From: Eledone cirrhosa
Lineage: Eukaryota
DNA: 64,000 nucleotides
Assembly (NCBI GenBank): GCA_964016885.1
Contig: OZ024743.1
Location: 312,232,001-312,296,000 of the forward strand
Direction: 5' to 3'
The notes beneath the pieces were generated by a model, which saw only the letters and a list, made by a program, of their open reading frames with translations, made no database searches and was not told the origin of the DNA. Position 1 is the stretch's first letter. Each line of letters starts with the position of its first letter. Both the position numbers and the translations under genes were made by a program. Positions 42,727 to 55,505 of this stretch are shown here, piece after piece.

Positions 42727-45105
42727 CGGAGGAAATGTGGTAAGGAACCAGGTGGACCATAACGCACCAAAGTACTCAATACTTAGGGTAGTAGAGTGGG
42801 TAATATGACCGAGTAGGACCCCGACGGCTGATCTCAAGCCGTTTCGACGGCTAATTCTGGAGTAAACGAAAATTTTTATCCTGGTATTTGTATAGCCGAG
42901 CTTCTCAAGGGGTAATTCCATATATGGTAAAAGTGATTGTCACAAGGATTGGTCAAAAGTTTGTTGTTGAGACATAATAATTCTATCATGGCAATTTGTG
43001 GAGGGAAGGGGTAGCTGAACCTGCCAGTAGGAGAAAGAGGGAGAGGGGGTGGAGGAGACCCAGTCATGCATTGATAGTCCCGACTACAGCTGGGCATGAA
43101 GTCAAAGAAGATATTAGGGAGGGGGAGGGGGAGGAAGTCGAAACAATAAGTAAAACTATATGGGGTAAATGTATAGAAAAATACCGAGAGTGTTAAAAAG
43201 CAATTAAATGTAAAAAAAAAAAAATAAACAATTTCTGGTTACTACGACCTAAGGACAGCTATCAAGTCTCTCACTGGTACTGCTAGGCTAAAGAAAGGTT
43301 TACTAGGTGGGACGGAATTATAATGAGACCCTTTTAAGAGGTATAAGTAATAAACCGAGTATATCTTACGGTGACGGGTCAACAAGTGAGGGGCCAAAAT
43401 ACTAAAGAAACTACCACGAAATAAGAAATAAAGGTTTCTACCCCAGGCACAAGGCCAGCAACCACCCAGTGCAAAAAAAAAAAAACTAATACGAAATAAT
43501 AATTCAGAATCCCGAAAAAGAATACTAATACTATCTCTAAGGGTGCCGCCACGATACAAAAATTCTAGTGCATATACCCTTGACCTCGATAATGATCTGT
43601 ACTACCCATACAGGAAACCTAACGACAACCTGCACTACATCCACCGCCGGTCAAACCATCCTAGGAACATCACCAATAACCTGGTTAAAAACATCTCCCT
43701 CGGCATATCCCGTTTGTCAGCTAATGAGCAGATATTCGAGGAACACGCGCCTTATTACAACCAGGCCCTCAAGCGGAGTGGTTTCCGGGAGGAAATATCC
43801 TACTGTCCAGCTTCCATTAGCGGAACCAGCAGGCGACACCGCCGCTCACGCAATGTAACATGGTTCAATCCTCCCCACAACGCCGAGGTGACAACTCCTA
43901 TCGGGAAAATCTTCTTTAGGCTCATTGAAAAACACTTCCCACTACAACACCGCTACCACAACATAATTAACAAAAATACCATCAAACTCTCTTACAGCAC
44001 CACACCAAACTTTGCACAAAACATCGTCTCCTCTAACAACAAAACCTCAACCCCTATGGAAGAAATAACCTAAATAGCAGTGGAGAGCCGACCAGGGGGT
44101 ACAACTGTCCTGATGAATCCATTTCCCCCCTAGACAACAGATGCAGAGATCGTAATGTGATCTACCAGTGCAACGTGAGGACGGACACCTCCAACAAAGC
44201 TTATATAGGATTAACCGCGTGTGACTTCAAGACCCGGCTATACCAACACAGACATACCTTCCGAAACCCGGCCCGGCGTCACGCCACTACACTTTCGGGC
44301 CACATATGGGACCTCAAGGATAACAACATTACCTATGATCTCACTTGGAGCTTACTGTCCAGAGCCAACTCTTACACGGGAGGACGCCGTCCGTGCAATT
44401 TATGCTCGGAGGAAACTTTACAAGTGTTGTTTTCGACGGACCAACTCCTAAACAAGAAAGATGAACTGGTTACTGCATGTAAACACTGATTGCGTAGGAC
44501 TTACCTCGCCCTCAAACCCCATAATGACAGAGGGGGGGGGGGTTAGACTAGGGCTATAACACCCCACTTGCCGATTTCGTAATGGGTCACCCCTGCTTGC
44601 AAAGGTAGAGGTAAGATCTTCTTTTATATCTTTTTATCGCGTCCTCTATATTTCTTTCTTCCCCCCATCCCTCCCTAGTCCTTCCACCCCAGTCCTCTTT
44701 CTTTGTCGTCGTCCTTTTCATTTTCTCGCCCACCCGAGGCAGCCCCTCGGTCCTTTGTAGCCTCAGTACCCCCACCCCCTTCCTCTATTCTATGATAGAT
44801 TTGGCCGACTCCGCTTTTTATAGCAGATGTGTTAGACCCCGCATACTTGCCTTCTTATCCGATCGCTGCCCCTTTTCCGTGCTCTCTATATTTCTTAGTG
44901 GTATCTTTGCTTTAATTTCTCGTATATCAGTATTTATTTTTTTTTTTGGGGGGGGGATTCTGAATTAATTTTCCGTATCAAATTTTACATATACTTCGTA
45001 CGAGCATTTATGTAGTTTGCACTAGAATTTTTGTATCGTGGCGGCACCCTTAGAGGTAGTATTAGTATTCTTTTTCGGGATTCTGAATTATTATTTCGTT
45101 TTCAC
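42722..45105. mobile_element. Nematis-type PLE with 5' inversion (pLTR on minus 42722-43571; RT thumb and GIY-YIG on plus ~43575-44500)
   Basis: YPYRKPNDNLHYIHRRSNHP, VTWFNPP, KLSYS, AYIG, CNLCSEE. An ~80-bp inverted overlap lies at 43490-43571 vs 45018-45100. Confidence 0.88.
42818..42913 (-). ncRNA. Type I hammerhead with U3-A8 core
   Basis: ACCCC-UUGAGAA-GCU-CGGCUA...UAGCCG-UC-GAAA-CGGC-UUGAGAUCA-GCCG-UC^GGGGU. Confidence 0.8.
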
Positions 45106-45114
45106 ACTCAATCA

Positions 45115-45187
<73 letters not shown>

Positions 45188-45664
45188 AGTGCGTGTATAT
45201 GGGTATATAACGGAAATACTCCTATGTTTTACCGGCGAAGATTCGAAACCGAATCTGAGCTTTCTCGCCTCTGGGACTAACCATTATTGGAAAGTTCCCA
45301 CCATTGTCCTGCCAAGACAGCGATGATAAACGTACATTCTACTTGATCTCTCATCCCAGCTTCATGGGAGACAATATCCACATGGCTGATCATAAATCAA
45401 ACTCATATACACATCCTTCTAGCTATAAGGTTATTATAAATACACGGAGATAAGGAACCCATGAGCCAGAGAGACCGAAGCAAGCAGTCCGTGTTACGGT
45501 TCACCATATAGCAGACCTTTCACTATATCTCTCTCATGACCCTTGCTGGTTGTAACCTTCTCGGCCATAGACAGAGCCAGAGAGCCAACCATGCCTGCCT
45601 GACAGATTGAACACTACTACTACTACGACAATAATGTATTCTAAGAATAGGCACACACACACAT

Positions 45665-45883
45665 AGTAAGTTTATATTGCTTACATAGTTTGTTATAGGT
45701 GTAATGCTCCTATGTATCTCCTGAAATAGATTGATACAGGCTCTATATATATAGCTGTCACTTCCTGTCCCCCAACCCGAGAGGACAGCCCACGCATGAA
45801 CTTGATCACACCAAAAGGGTGTTGACCTAGAATTTGATCTTCAGTTGTCGCTGAAGGTCAAGGCGCGGACAGATTTCGCTACA
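45665..45883 (-). mobile_element. Partial solo LTR related to the 50.9-kb LTR element
   Basis: Minus strand begins TGTAGCGAAATCTGTCCGCGCC and matches 50929-51135. Confidence 0.85.
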
Positions 45884-45948
45884 CACACACACACACGCCC
45901 CCCCCCCAACCCACCCACCCACACACACACACACATACACATACACAC

Positions 45949-46340
<392 letters not shown>

Positions 46341-46353
46341 TATTTTGTTATCC

Positions 46354-46392
<39 letters not shown>

Positions 46393-46883
46393 TTTGTTAA
46401 AATAATCAAATTGAAATAAATTCAACAGTTAAACACACATAGGAATAATAAGAGCCAGAAGATTGACAAGTCAACCCCAAATCGACTTCTAAAGCATTTG
46501 GGTGTTTCATAAACTACATCCTCATTTTGTTTCTCATCTATCTAGAGTATATTTTAAGCTGTAATCCATGTTTCATTTCTATTGCACCTCATTTCTCCCC
46601 TCTCCCCATCTCTCTTTCTCTCTGTGATATTTGAATCTACTATGATTTGTGGTTACTTTATTCATATATATATGTTTTTGCATGTCAGATTCAAACTTAC
46701 AATCATTGGCATTATATATATATATATGTATATACATTTTGAGTATGTGTTGGTTGTTTACCGACACCTCAGTAAGCAGATTGGAGCACTTGACGAAGTA
46801 CGCAGGCTGGTTTGTTTACTTCGGAGTAATGTAAAATAAGTAAGTCAAATATGTAAAATTTGGCTTCGTTTATTATAAATTCT

Positions 46884-46936
46884 CTGCTATATATATTTCG
46901 GTGACAGCTATTATTGGCTGTGACCTCTTCAGGCAG
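46884..46936 (-). ncRNA. Type I hammerhead in an unclassified repeat (~46390-47100)
   Basis: CUGC-CUGAAGA-GGU-C-ACAGC-CAAUAAUA-GCUGU-C-ACC-GAAA-UAUAUA-UA^GCAG. Confidence 0.8.
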
Positions 46937-47189
46937 TCCGAATTGGTGTGGAAAAGACAGGTACACATGTTGTTGAAGTGTGTTCCACTCTGTCAATACA
47001 TCGATATGTCCAGCTCCTGGGTGTGTTGTTAGTCCTCCGAAGAACTGGAAACATGATTCCAGTTCCTCGGAGGAATAACAACACATCTCATCTATCTAGA
47101 GTATATATATATATATATATATATACATACATAGTGGCTGCCAACTCGTTTTCGAGTACGGCCACTACTTTATATCCATGTAGGAGAAC

Positions 47190-47818
47190 CTGGCAACATA
47201 TCCATGCATGATTTTTTGCTGATAGGCATGCAGTTTTTCATCCATGGATTCACTGCGATACTGCTGAGCGACATCCCTGGGTGTGAGTTTTTGATTATCA
47301 CACAGGGAATATCTCTCAAGGAGTTCCTTGCCAACTCTCATGATCTTATCTGTTTCATGCAGATAGACTTGCTCGAGAACGCTTCGAGGTTCGTAGATGT
47401 TGTCGGAGAGATATGATGCGACATTCAAATGTCTGGACTGATGTTAGGCCTCTGCCTCTCTGCTTACGTTTCAAGTAAAGGCGGTTTATGTCACTGTTGA
47501 TGTGGAAGTTTCCGGTGTTGTTCAGTATTTTTCGAGTTCCAACATCAACTGCTCGGATTTCGTCTATCGTCCAATTGAGTATTCCAAACGTTGGTATTAG
47601 GACAGGCACAGCAAAAACATTGTGAGCCACTGTTTTGTTTTGCGCAGAGAGTTCCGATGACCAGATCTTTCTTAATCGAGTGTAGTATTCACTGGTTACA
47701 CGTTCTTTATTACAGATACCATTATAGGATATGTTCTCATCTATCCCCAGGTATCTGTAGCAGTCCTCATCAGATATCGGTGAAACAGTTAGGCCATTGA
47801 TGACAATGTTGCTAGATT
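47190..47818 (-). mobile_element. R4/Dong-type non-LTR RT-thumb fragment
   Basis: YRYLGI...RLRKIWSSELSAQNK..NVFAVPVL..FGILNWT..RLYLKRKQRGRGL...KIMHG. Confidence 0.85.
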
Positions 47819-47895
47819 GTATGTATGTATGTATGTATGTATGTATGTATGTATGTATGTATGTATGTATGTATGTATGTATGTATGTATGTATG

Positions 47896-48494
47896 TCAGT
47901 TGGTGCTACTAGTAACATGTATCCCAGTACAACTTGTCTCATGGTCGGGTCGTTGGCGACTAAACTGGCAACCCCACCAAGGTTTCTTGGTGAGGAGGAT
48001 GACTTTGGACATCCTGCAGGACTAAAAAAAACCTGTCAAAGGGCACAGGAGCTCTTAAGAGTCAATGGCCATCCAAAATCACCGGGAGAGATGACCCCTT
48101 AGCCTTTGTCAAAGCAGAATTCTAGGAGAAGGAAAACTCTGAAATAACACCTGCAACCCTGATGGTATCCAATGATGTTGACTTGTTCTTCTTTTTGGTA
48201 AATATCATCTTGGTTAAGAGAGTGGGACTGGCTTTGTGCAGTGCCTTTGCTCACTATAAAAGCTTCACGGCACAGGCATTGCTTTATATCTGGAGATCTC
48301 TCTGCACTTGTCGTCACATGGTACCATGGGCCCAGCACTATGTGTCAATAATTGTCACAAGTGTAGTGTTTGTACCAGAGTTTTCAAGTCGCTGGCTGGA
48401 CTAAAAAGTCACACTCGTTCAGCGGATCGGTAGGGGTTCTCCTACATGGATATAATGTAGTGGCCGTACTCGAAAACGAGTTGGCAGCCACTAT
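47896..48494 (-). mobile_element. ~600-bp non-coding element flanked by (CATA)n
   Basis: Internal part repeated at 18130-18445. The 5' 60 bp is repeated in inverted orientation at 47130-47190. Confidence 0.65.
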
Positions 48495-48499
48495 GTATG

Positions 48500-48549
<50 letters not shown>

Positions 48550-48552
<3 letters not shown>

Positions 48553-49958
48553 AAAAATTGAACAGGGACAGAACAGAGAGGCAGTACGACAAATGTTTAT
48601 TAGATTCACGCTCAGGAGAGTGGGGGGTAGGTGGAGGACGACGTTTCGGGCATAAGCCCTTCTTCAGGTAAGAGTTCAAAAGGTGTGTAGGGGAGTGGTG
48701 GAGAGACATATAGCGAAAGGAAACGGTGCGAATGAAAAATTAACAAATAAAGACAAAAATATAATAAATAATAAATAAAAATAAAGCATGATCAAAATAC
48801 AAGGAATGAGAACATTTAAAAATAAAGGCATGATCAAAATAAACTGAAATTAAAAGGGGGGTAAACAGGTGGTGGAAGGGTGTGGGGTGAGTAGAGGTGG
48901 AGGCGGGTGGAGTGGGGAGAGGGAGACGGGGTGTCCGAGCGAGGAGGGCTGAAGGTGGTGTGTGTGGTTAGGTGTGCGTGTGTTTGTGTGTGTGTGTATG
49001 TGAAAGTGAGGGTTGGGGGAAGAACGGGGTTGCATGTTCAGGAAGGTGTGTGTGGGGGGTGTTTTTGTGTGTCGGAGGGTCTGTGCGTGTGTGGATAGGG
49101 GGTGGGGGGAGAGGAATCAGGGGGCTGAGGGTGTAAATATGTGGTGGGAAGCACGTGTGTGTGGTTTAAGCGTGTTGTGGGTGTGGGTGGCGTGTGGATA
49201 AAAAAATTTGTTTTGGGATGTGTGTGTGGGTGAGTTATATAGGTGATGGTGTTAGAGGATGGTTGAAAAGTGGTAAGTTACACGGATGTATGGAGATTTT
49301 GGTTGGAAGTCAAAACGCGTGTGGGTAATCCAAGAAGCGGTGGTCGGAAGAGGAGAGATGTGGGGTGCGCGCGCAACAGGAAGTGGTCAGCAGTGGGAGT
49401 GCTGTGGTCAGTGGGTGCTGAGACAGTGGTCGGAAGGGCATAGCAGCAGTCAGCGGAATGGTAGGGAGGCGAGGATGGGTAGGTGTGAGAGTTGGAGTGA
49501 GGAGGGTGTGTGTGTGTGTGTGTGTGTGTATTAGTAGGGGTGTTAGTGGGATGAGTGAGTGTGGAGTGGGGAGAGAAGGGTGTGTGTGGTTCTATGGAGG
49601 GAGTGTGGTGTACTGGTGTGTGTGTAGTTTGGTGAGGAGGTGTTAGTGGGTGTTAGTAGACGGGAGGTGGGGAGGGGTGGAATGCAGGTGTGAGTGGGGG
49701 TAGGGTGTGTAGAGTTGGTGGTGTACGAGGGTGTGTGGGTACGTGTGCGTGGGGTTGGAGGGTGTTAGTGATGTTAGTTGCGTGTGGGGTGGGTGGTGTA
49801 AGTGTGTGCGTGTGATAAGGAGGGGGGAGGAGGAGAAGAGGGGAGGGAAGGGATGTTAGTATGTTAGTTGGGGAAGGGTGGTTAGATGAGGGGTGGAGTG
49901 GGGGTGTTAGTATTGTTAGTGTGGGGTGGGCGGTGAAAAGGAGGGGTGTGTTAGTGGT

Positions 49959-49960
<2 letters not shown>
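48550..49960 (-). mobile_element. Low-complexity PLE 3' region with Neptune-style pLTR (3' end also at 27270-27345)
   Basis: Bounded by (TA)n, CA-rich body, hammerhead near the 3' end. Confidence 0.6.
48637..48669 (-). ncRNA. Minimal hammerhead
   Basis: AC-CUGAAGA-A-GGGC-UUAU-GCCC-GAAACGUC^GU. Confidence 0.75.
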
Positions 49961-49995
<35 letters not shown>

Positions 49996-50499
49996 TCTAG
50001 TTAAACTATAATTAGTTACCTACCTAGCTATGTGTGCTTACACACTTTTACAAATTATTCCCTGTGATTGTTTCATATGTTTATTTTAGATATATATATA
50101 TGTTAATCAATTTCTAGTTGATATAAAATGCTTGGATCTATTCATTGGAATCTTGGAGCATATTCTACAGTGGATATGGCGCATGTCTCTCCTACATGAC
50201 ACCCATAATCTTATTTTGTATATATATATATATACACAGTGTCGGACTGGGTCTAAAAATATTGGTTGCCAGGAGACGAAGGGCGCCCATCTACATATAG
50301 AATGCTGTCATTTAATTTTTATAATGAATAAATAACATTTTCAAAAAATACATAAGTGGAAACAAAACAGTGCAATCAAGTTTTTGCGGAAAAAATATCT
50401 CACCTTCTCCAATAAAAAATATTATGAATTTTGCGAAATACAGAGTCTTTCAACAATGATCTTTGGTCTTTCACGCTCACTCAATATATATATATATAT

Positions 50500-50920
50500 A
50501 AAAGAAAAACGAACACAGATATGAGTTCAAATCGTAAGGGACCAGATTCGCTAAGGTGAAAAGATTTATCACCCACTGGTGAGCATACATTGGTAATGCT
50601 ATTCACAATTAACATTACGAAACAACACCAAGTTGTCTGGGTGATCGGTAGTTACCACATTTCCGGTTTGTATTTATTTTCTTGATTTTTTCTTAAATTG
50701 AGACAAGCAAACCCAATTGTCTATAGTTAGTATTCTTTTCACCTTAGCGAATCTGGTCCCTTGCGATTTGAACACATATATGTATATATCTGTGTTCGTT
50801 TTTCTTTTATATTCAATTATAATATACGGCTCGGAAATATCTCTTTCTTAGAGCTATTTTGTTGTAAGAGACTATTTTGAGTTCCTAACTCATATACCTT
50901 TGATATATACCTTTGATATA
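50500..50920. mobile_element. Fold-back insertion with hammerhead motif at 50568-50645 (+)
   Basis: Inverted repeat 50500-50563 vs 50735-50808. AUCACCCA-CUGGUGA-...GUAAUG..CAUUAC-GAAA-CAAC-ACCAA-GUUG-UC^UGGGUGAU (A6G change). Confidence 0.7.
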
Positions 50921-50928
50921 TATATATA

Positions 50929-53534
50929 TGTAGCGAAATCTATCCGCGCCTTGAACCTTGAGTGACACCTAAAGATCAAATTCTAGGTCAACACCCTTTT
51001 GGTATGATCAAGTTCATGCGTGGGCTGTCCCTTCAGGTTGGGGGACAGGAAGTGACAGCTATATATAGAGCCTGTACCATCCTACTTTAGCCAGATACAT
51101 CGGAGCATTACACCTATAACAAACTATGTAAGGATTCACTGCTATCAATAGACCCCAGTGGTCTACAGCCAGAATCATCGGAGCATTACGCTAGCAACTA
51201 ACTATGTAAGGATTCACTGCTATCAATAGACCCAGTGGTCTACAGAAATACCCAGAGCGATTGGAGCCCTATTACTACAGAACACAAATGTGGAAGATTT
51301 ACCGTTGTTTGCAGGCCACGGTAGTTCACAGTTACGACAGACCATAACAGAGGTATACAAACCATCTCTCTCTCTCTCTTACTAACTACGGTCTCACAAC
51401 TACTACCACGGACTCCAAATTCCAACAACAACAACAATTATCTGTCGCTCGCTGTTTTCACACCACCAACAACAACAACAGACTGCAACAGCCTCACATC
51501 AACGACAAAATAATATTGTCAATCTTTGTAACTTATGGTAACTTGTTTATTGTACCTTTTAATTGATTCACGTGAAGTAAACCATATATAAACTAAAATC
51601 ATTTATTCATTATATTCTCGTTATTACACCTATTCTTATTATACTTGTTATTTCATCTAATAACCATGTTACCTCATCCAACATCTAACTATTACTTAAT
51701 TCATTTTAACCCTTCGTTAAATTGGTAAACCCCGACGTGATTTAAAAAAACAAAACAAAAAAAAAACGAACTGGTATTTAAAAAAAAATTAAAATAACAC
51801 GCAGCCTATTTGATCTGATCATGGTTTTATTTGCCAACCTCAGCAATATACAGTTACCAAACACTTCACCACTTGCTTCGTAATCTCCAACAACAACAAC
51901 AAACAATACTACTAGCTTCCTAACAAGAAAACAGAACTTTTTGTAAAGAACAATTATATAAATATTTTTTTACAGGTTGTATATGAATGTCATTTTTATT
52001 TTTTTTTATTCATTTTACTGTATTATATGCCTGTATGAATAACACGTTTGGCATCAAACACATATAATTTTCCTTGTCACACACCAACATGTTTATGTCT
52101 GTGGTATATTCTGGATTCGGTGGGGTCTCTGCGGGATCACCTTTCGATTGGTCAAGGTACGGCGAAAGCTATGAAACACATGATAATCAGCCCACGGTTA
52201 CTTTTAGCTCGACTCACTGAGCACGCAACTCAAAATTGCACACACTCATGTCATAGCATAAACCTCGACTCACGGGAAGGGAATCTTACGTATGATAATA
52301 CATTGAGATTCAACTGGTCAAGGTTCGACAATAGCTATTTAACACATGATAATCAAACCACGGTTACTAATCGCTCGACTCACTGAGCACGCAACTAAAA
52401 ATTGCACACACTCATCTCATAGCGTAAACCTCGACTCACTGAAGAGAATCTTACGTATGATGATACATCGAGAGAAATAGTCCTCTGTGTTATCATATCG
52501 TAATCCGATACCGTAACCCATCCATCCATACACAACAGTTCGAAATACCTGATCACAACTTTGTATTTTTACAGTTCCTTCTAAATGTTACACACACACA
52601 TGCATACTCAGTTATACTATTTTTTTTCTCTCTCTCCAAATTTCTCTACACTCAAAGTGCGAGCGCAGTACCCACATTTTGTGTGCTTTGGGACACGCTT
52701 CTAGGAATCAGATTTCGCTACCTATTTTATAATAGATCGCTGCTCCAGCATCGATCTGGGTAGGGAACTAATGTAGCGAAATCTATCCGCGCCTTGAACC
52801 TTGAGTGACACCTAAAGATCAAATTCTAGGTCAACATCCTTTTGGTGTGATCAAGTTCATGCGTGGGCTGTCCCCTCAGGTTGGGGGACAGGAAGTGACA
52901 GCTATATATAGAGCCTGTACCATCCTACTTTAGCCAGATACATCGGAGCATTACACCTATAACAAACTATGTAAGGATTCACTGCTATCAATAGACCCCA
53001 GTGGTCTACAGCCAGAAACATCGGAGCATTACGCTAGCAACTAACTATGTAACGATTCACTGCTATTAACAGACCCCAGTGGTCTACAGAAATACCCAGA
53101 GTGATTGGAGCCCTATTACTACAGAACACAAATGTGGAAGATTTACCGCTGTCTGCAGGCCACGGTAGTTCACAGTTACGACAGAGGTATACAAACCATC
53201 TCTCTCTCTCTCTCTTACTAACTACGGTCTCACAACTACTACTACGGACTCCAAATTCCAACAACAACAACAATTATCTGTCGCTCGCTGTTTTCACACC
53301 ACCAACAACAACAGACTACAGCAGTCTCATAAACCAACAACAAAAACATTGTCAACCTTAACAACTCTTGGTAACTGTTTTATATGTACTTTTTAATTGA
53401 TTCACGTGAAGTAAACCATATATAACCAAATCATTTATTTCTCTATTATTATTGTTATTTCCTCTAACAACTTTGTTATAATCATATCTAAATAACCACA
53501 TATAACCATCTAATTAGTTACTTATACCCTTCGT

Positions 53535-53538
<4 letters not shown>
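50929..53538 (+). mobile_element. Non-autonomous LTR element (LTRs ~50929-51720 and 52772-53538; non-coding interior ~1.05 kb)
   Basis: Both LTRs start TGTAGCGAAATC and end cccttcgtta. PBS TGGTAAACCCCGACGTGATTT (51723-51743) matches tRNA-Trp. Purine tract gggtagggaa precedes the 3' LTR. Inserted in (TA)n. Confidence 0.88.
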
Positions 53539-53561
<23 letters not shown>

Positions 53562-53568
<7 letters not shown>

Positions 53569-54532
53569 TATCCACGGTAAATTGTGGGGTTAGTCTGCAT
53601 GAAGAACTCAATGTAATCCATATGTTGAAAATGTTGTAGGTTAAAATAAATCCCGGAAAACAATAAAACATTAAAAAGAAAACAGAGTCATGATATAAGT
53701 TAAAACAATGAAATAAAAAATCAAGTCATTAGAAATATACTTCACTGTTTTACGATCGATTCTAGGTGATGATAATACATCGTAACTATACTTCGATATC
53801 GACCTATGTAAGGTTAGTTACAAAATATCAGATAAAGAGAATATTTACTTACATGCATATCACCACCTGTTTTCAAAAGCAATAATAATTTTATTCAAAA
53901 TTAGTAGTAAATTAGTATTATGTTTAGTTCTATGACCTTGTTTGGCGGTAGTTGAAGAACTAACCAATCAGATTGTTTTTTTTCCATATGATGTTAAGAT
54001 GAAAAATAAATCTCTTTAGTTGAGGTCATGACCCTTTGAAAGGAATGGTTGAATGGTGTTAATAACAGAATTACCATAAAAAATATATTAGGAAGAAAGG
54101 GATTGTCAAATTGATAGTTAAATGTGTGTATAGGTGTGTATATATATAAATGTGTGTATAGGTGTGTATATATATATATGTGTGTATAGGTGTGTATATG
54201 TAAATATATATATATATGAATATATGTGTATATGATTGTGTGCACATGTGTAGATGTATGTATATGTTTGCATCTATTTATGTGTATGTATAGTTTTAGT
54301 TGAGTATCAATATAACTATCTATAATGTGGGTACATGCACTTTGTGATCTATATTCACCTAAATCGAATAGAATGAAACGAAATTTCATTTCTCACTCTT
54401 AGTACGGCACTTACTTAAATGTAAGTATGTATGTATGTATACGTACATACATATATGTATACAGACGTACAGTAGTATGTATATATATACATACATGCAC
54501 ACATATATATATATATATGCACGTATCGGTTA

Positions 54533-54614
<82 letters not shown>

Positions 54615-54700
54615 CATGTATGTATATACACACATACATACTTACATTTAAGTGCCGTACTAAGAGTGAGAAATGAAATTTCGTTTCATTCTATTCCATT
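53562..54700 (-). mobile_element. pLTR/3' UTR of a sister family of the 28-kb Nematis element, with 5' fold-back
   Basis: Collinear motifs shared with 27750-28160 (atgaagaactcaatgtaatcc, aaacagagtca, ttttacgatcg.ttctagg, accaat). Inverted repeat ~54365-54430 vs ~54630-54696. Confidence 0.7.
53742..53885 (-). ncRNA. Long-stem-II hammerhead homologue with U3-A8 core
   Basis: UUAUUGCUU-UUGAAAA-CAGGUGGUGAUA...UUAUCAUCACCUA-GAAU-CGAUCG-UA^AAACAGUGA. Confidence 0.65.
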
Positions 54701-54711
54701 TATATATATAT

Positions 54712-55460
54712 ATGAATAAAGTGGTCCTTCATCAGTGATCTTCCAACCATCAGCGGTATTACTTCGCTTTAAAGACCATATGCCCCCGGTTGGTGCGAGC
54801 AACAGCTAAAAAAAGTCGTTGGGACACGTAAATAAAGGGAACAGCGAGAGTGTAAACAAACAAAGAAGGTGAAGCAACGAAAAGTGAGGAAGAACGAACC
54901 CTCTCTAACAGTCACTCTCTCTGTTAACCTCTTCCTCACCCTTCACTCACTCACTCTCTGTTACTACCTCTCCTCCGCCTCCTTCTTCCCGTTTGACCTG
55001 TGCGTAATTCTTTTCTTTCGCACGCTTGGTCAGGCTGGTTCGCCTTTTTTCTCTCTCTCGTCTACGATTTCACAGAACTTATGTTCACCGAATTCACAGG
55101 CTAGATTCCTTCTTCCTCCCGTTAGACCTGTACGGAATTCCTCCCTTGCTCACATTCCAACCAGGTTTGATGGTCTTTATTCTCTCTCGTTCACGATTTC
55201 ACCGAACTTATATTCATGGAAATTTGGGACTTGACTCGTTCTTCCTCAATTTTCGTTGCTTCACCATCTTTGTTTGTTTACACTCTCGCTGTTCCCTTTA
55301 TTTACGTGTCCCAACGACTTTTTTTAGCCGTTGCTCGCACCGACCGGAAGTATATGGTCTTTAAAGCGAAGAAATACCGATGATGGTTGGAAGATCACTG
55401 ATGATGGACCACTTTATTCATATGTAACTCATTTCCAACCACGCACACGTTTATTCTCAT
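54712..55460. mobile_element. Fold-back repeat family (also 55860-56250 and 41540-41650)
   Basis: Inverted repeat 54712-54897 vs 55236-55421. Conserved aagatcaCTGATGA.ggac block. Confidence 0.7.
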
Positions 55461-55505
<45 letters not shown>

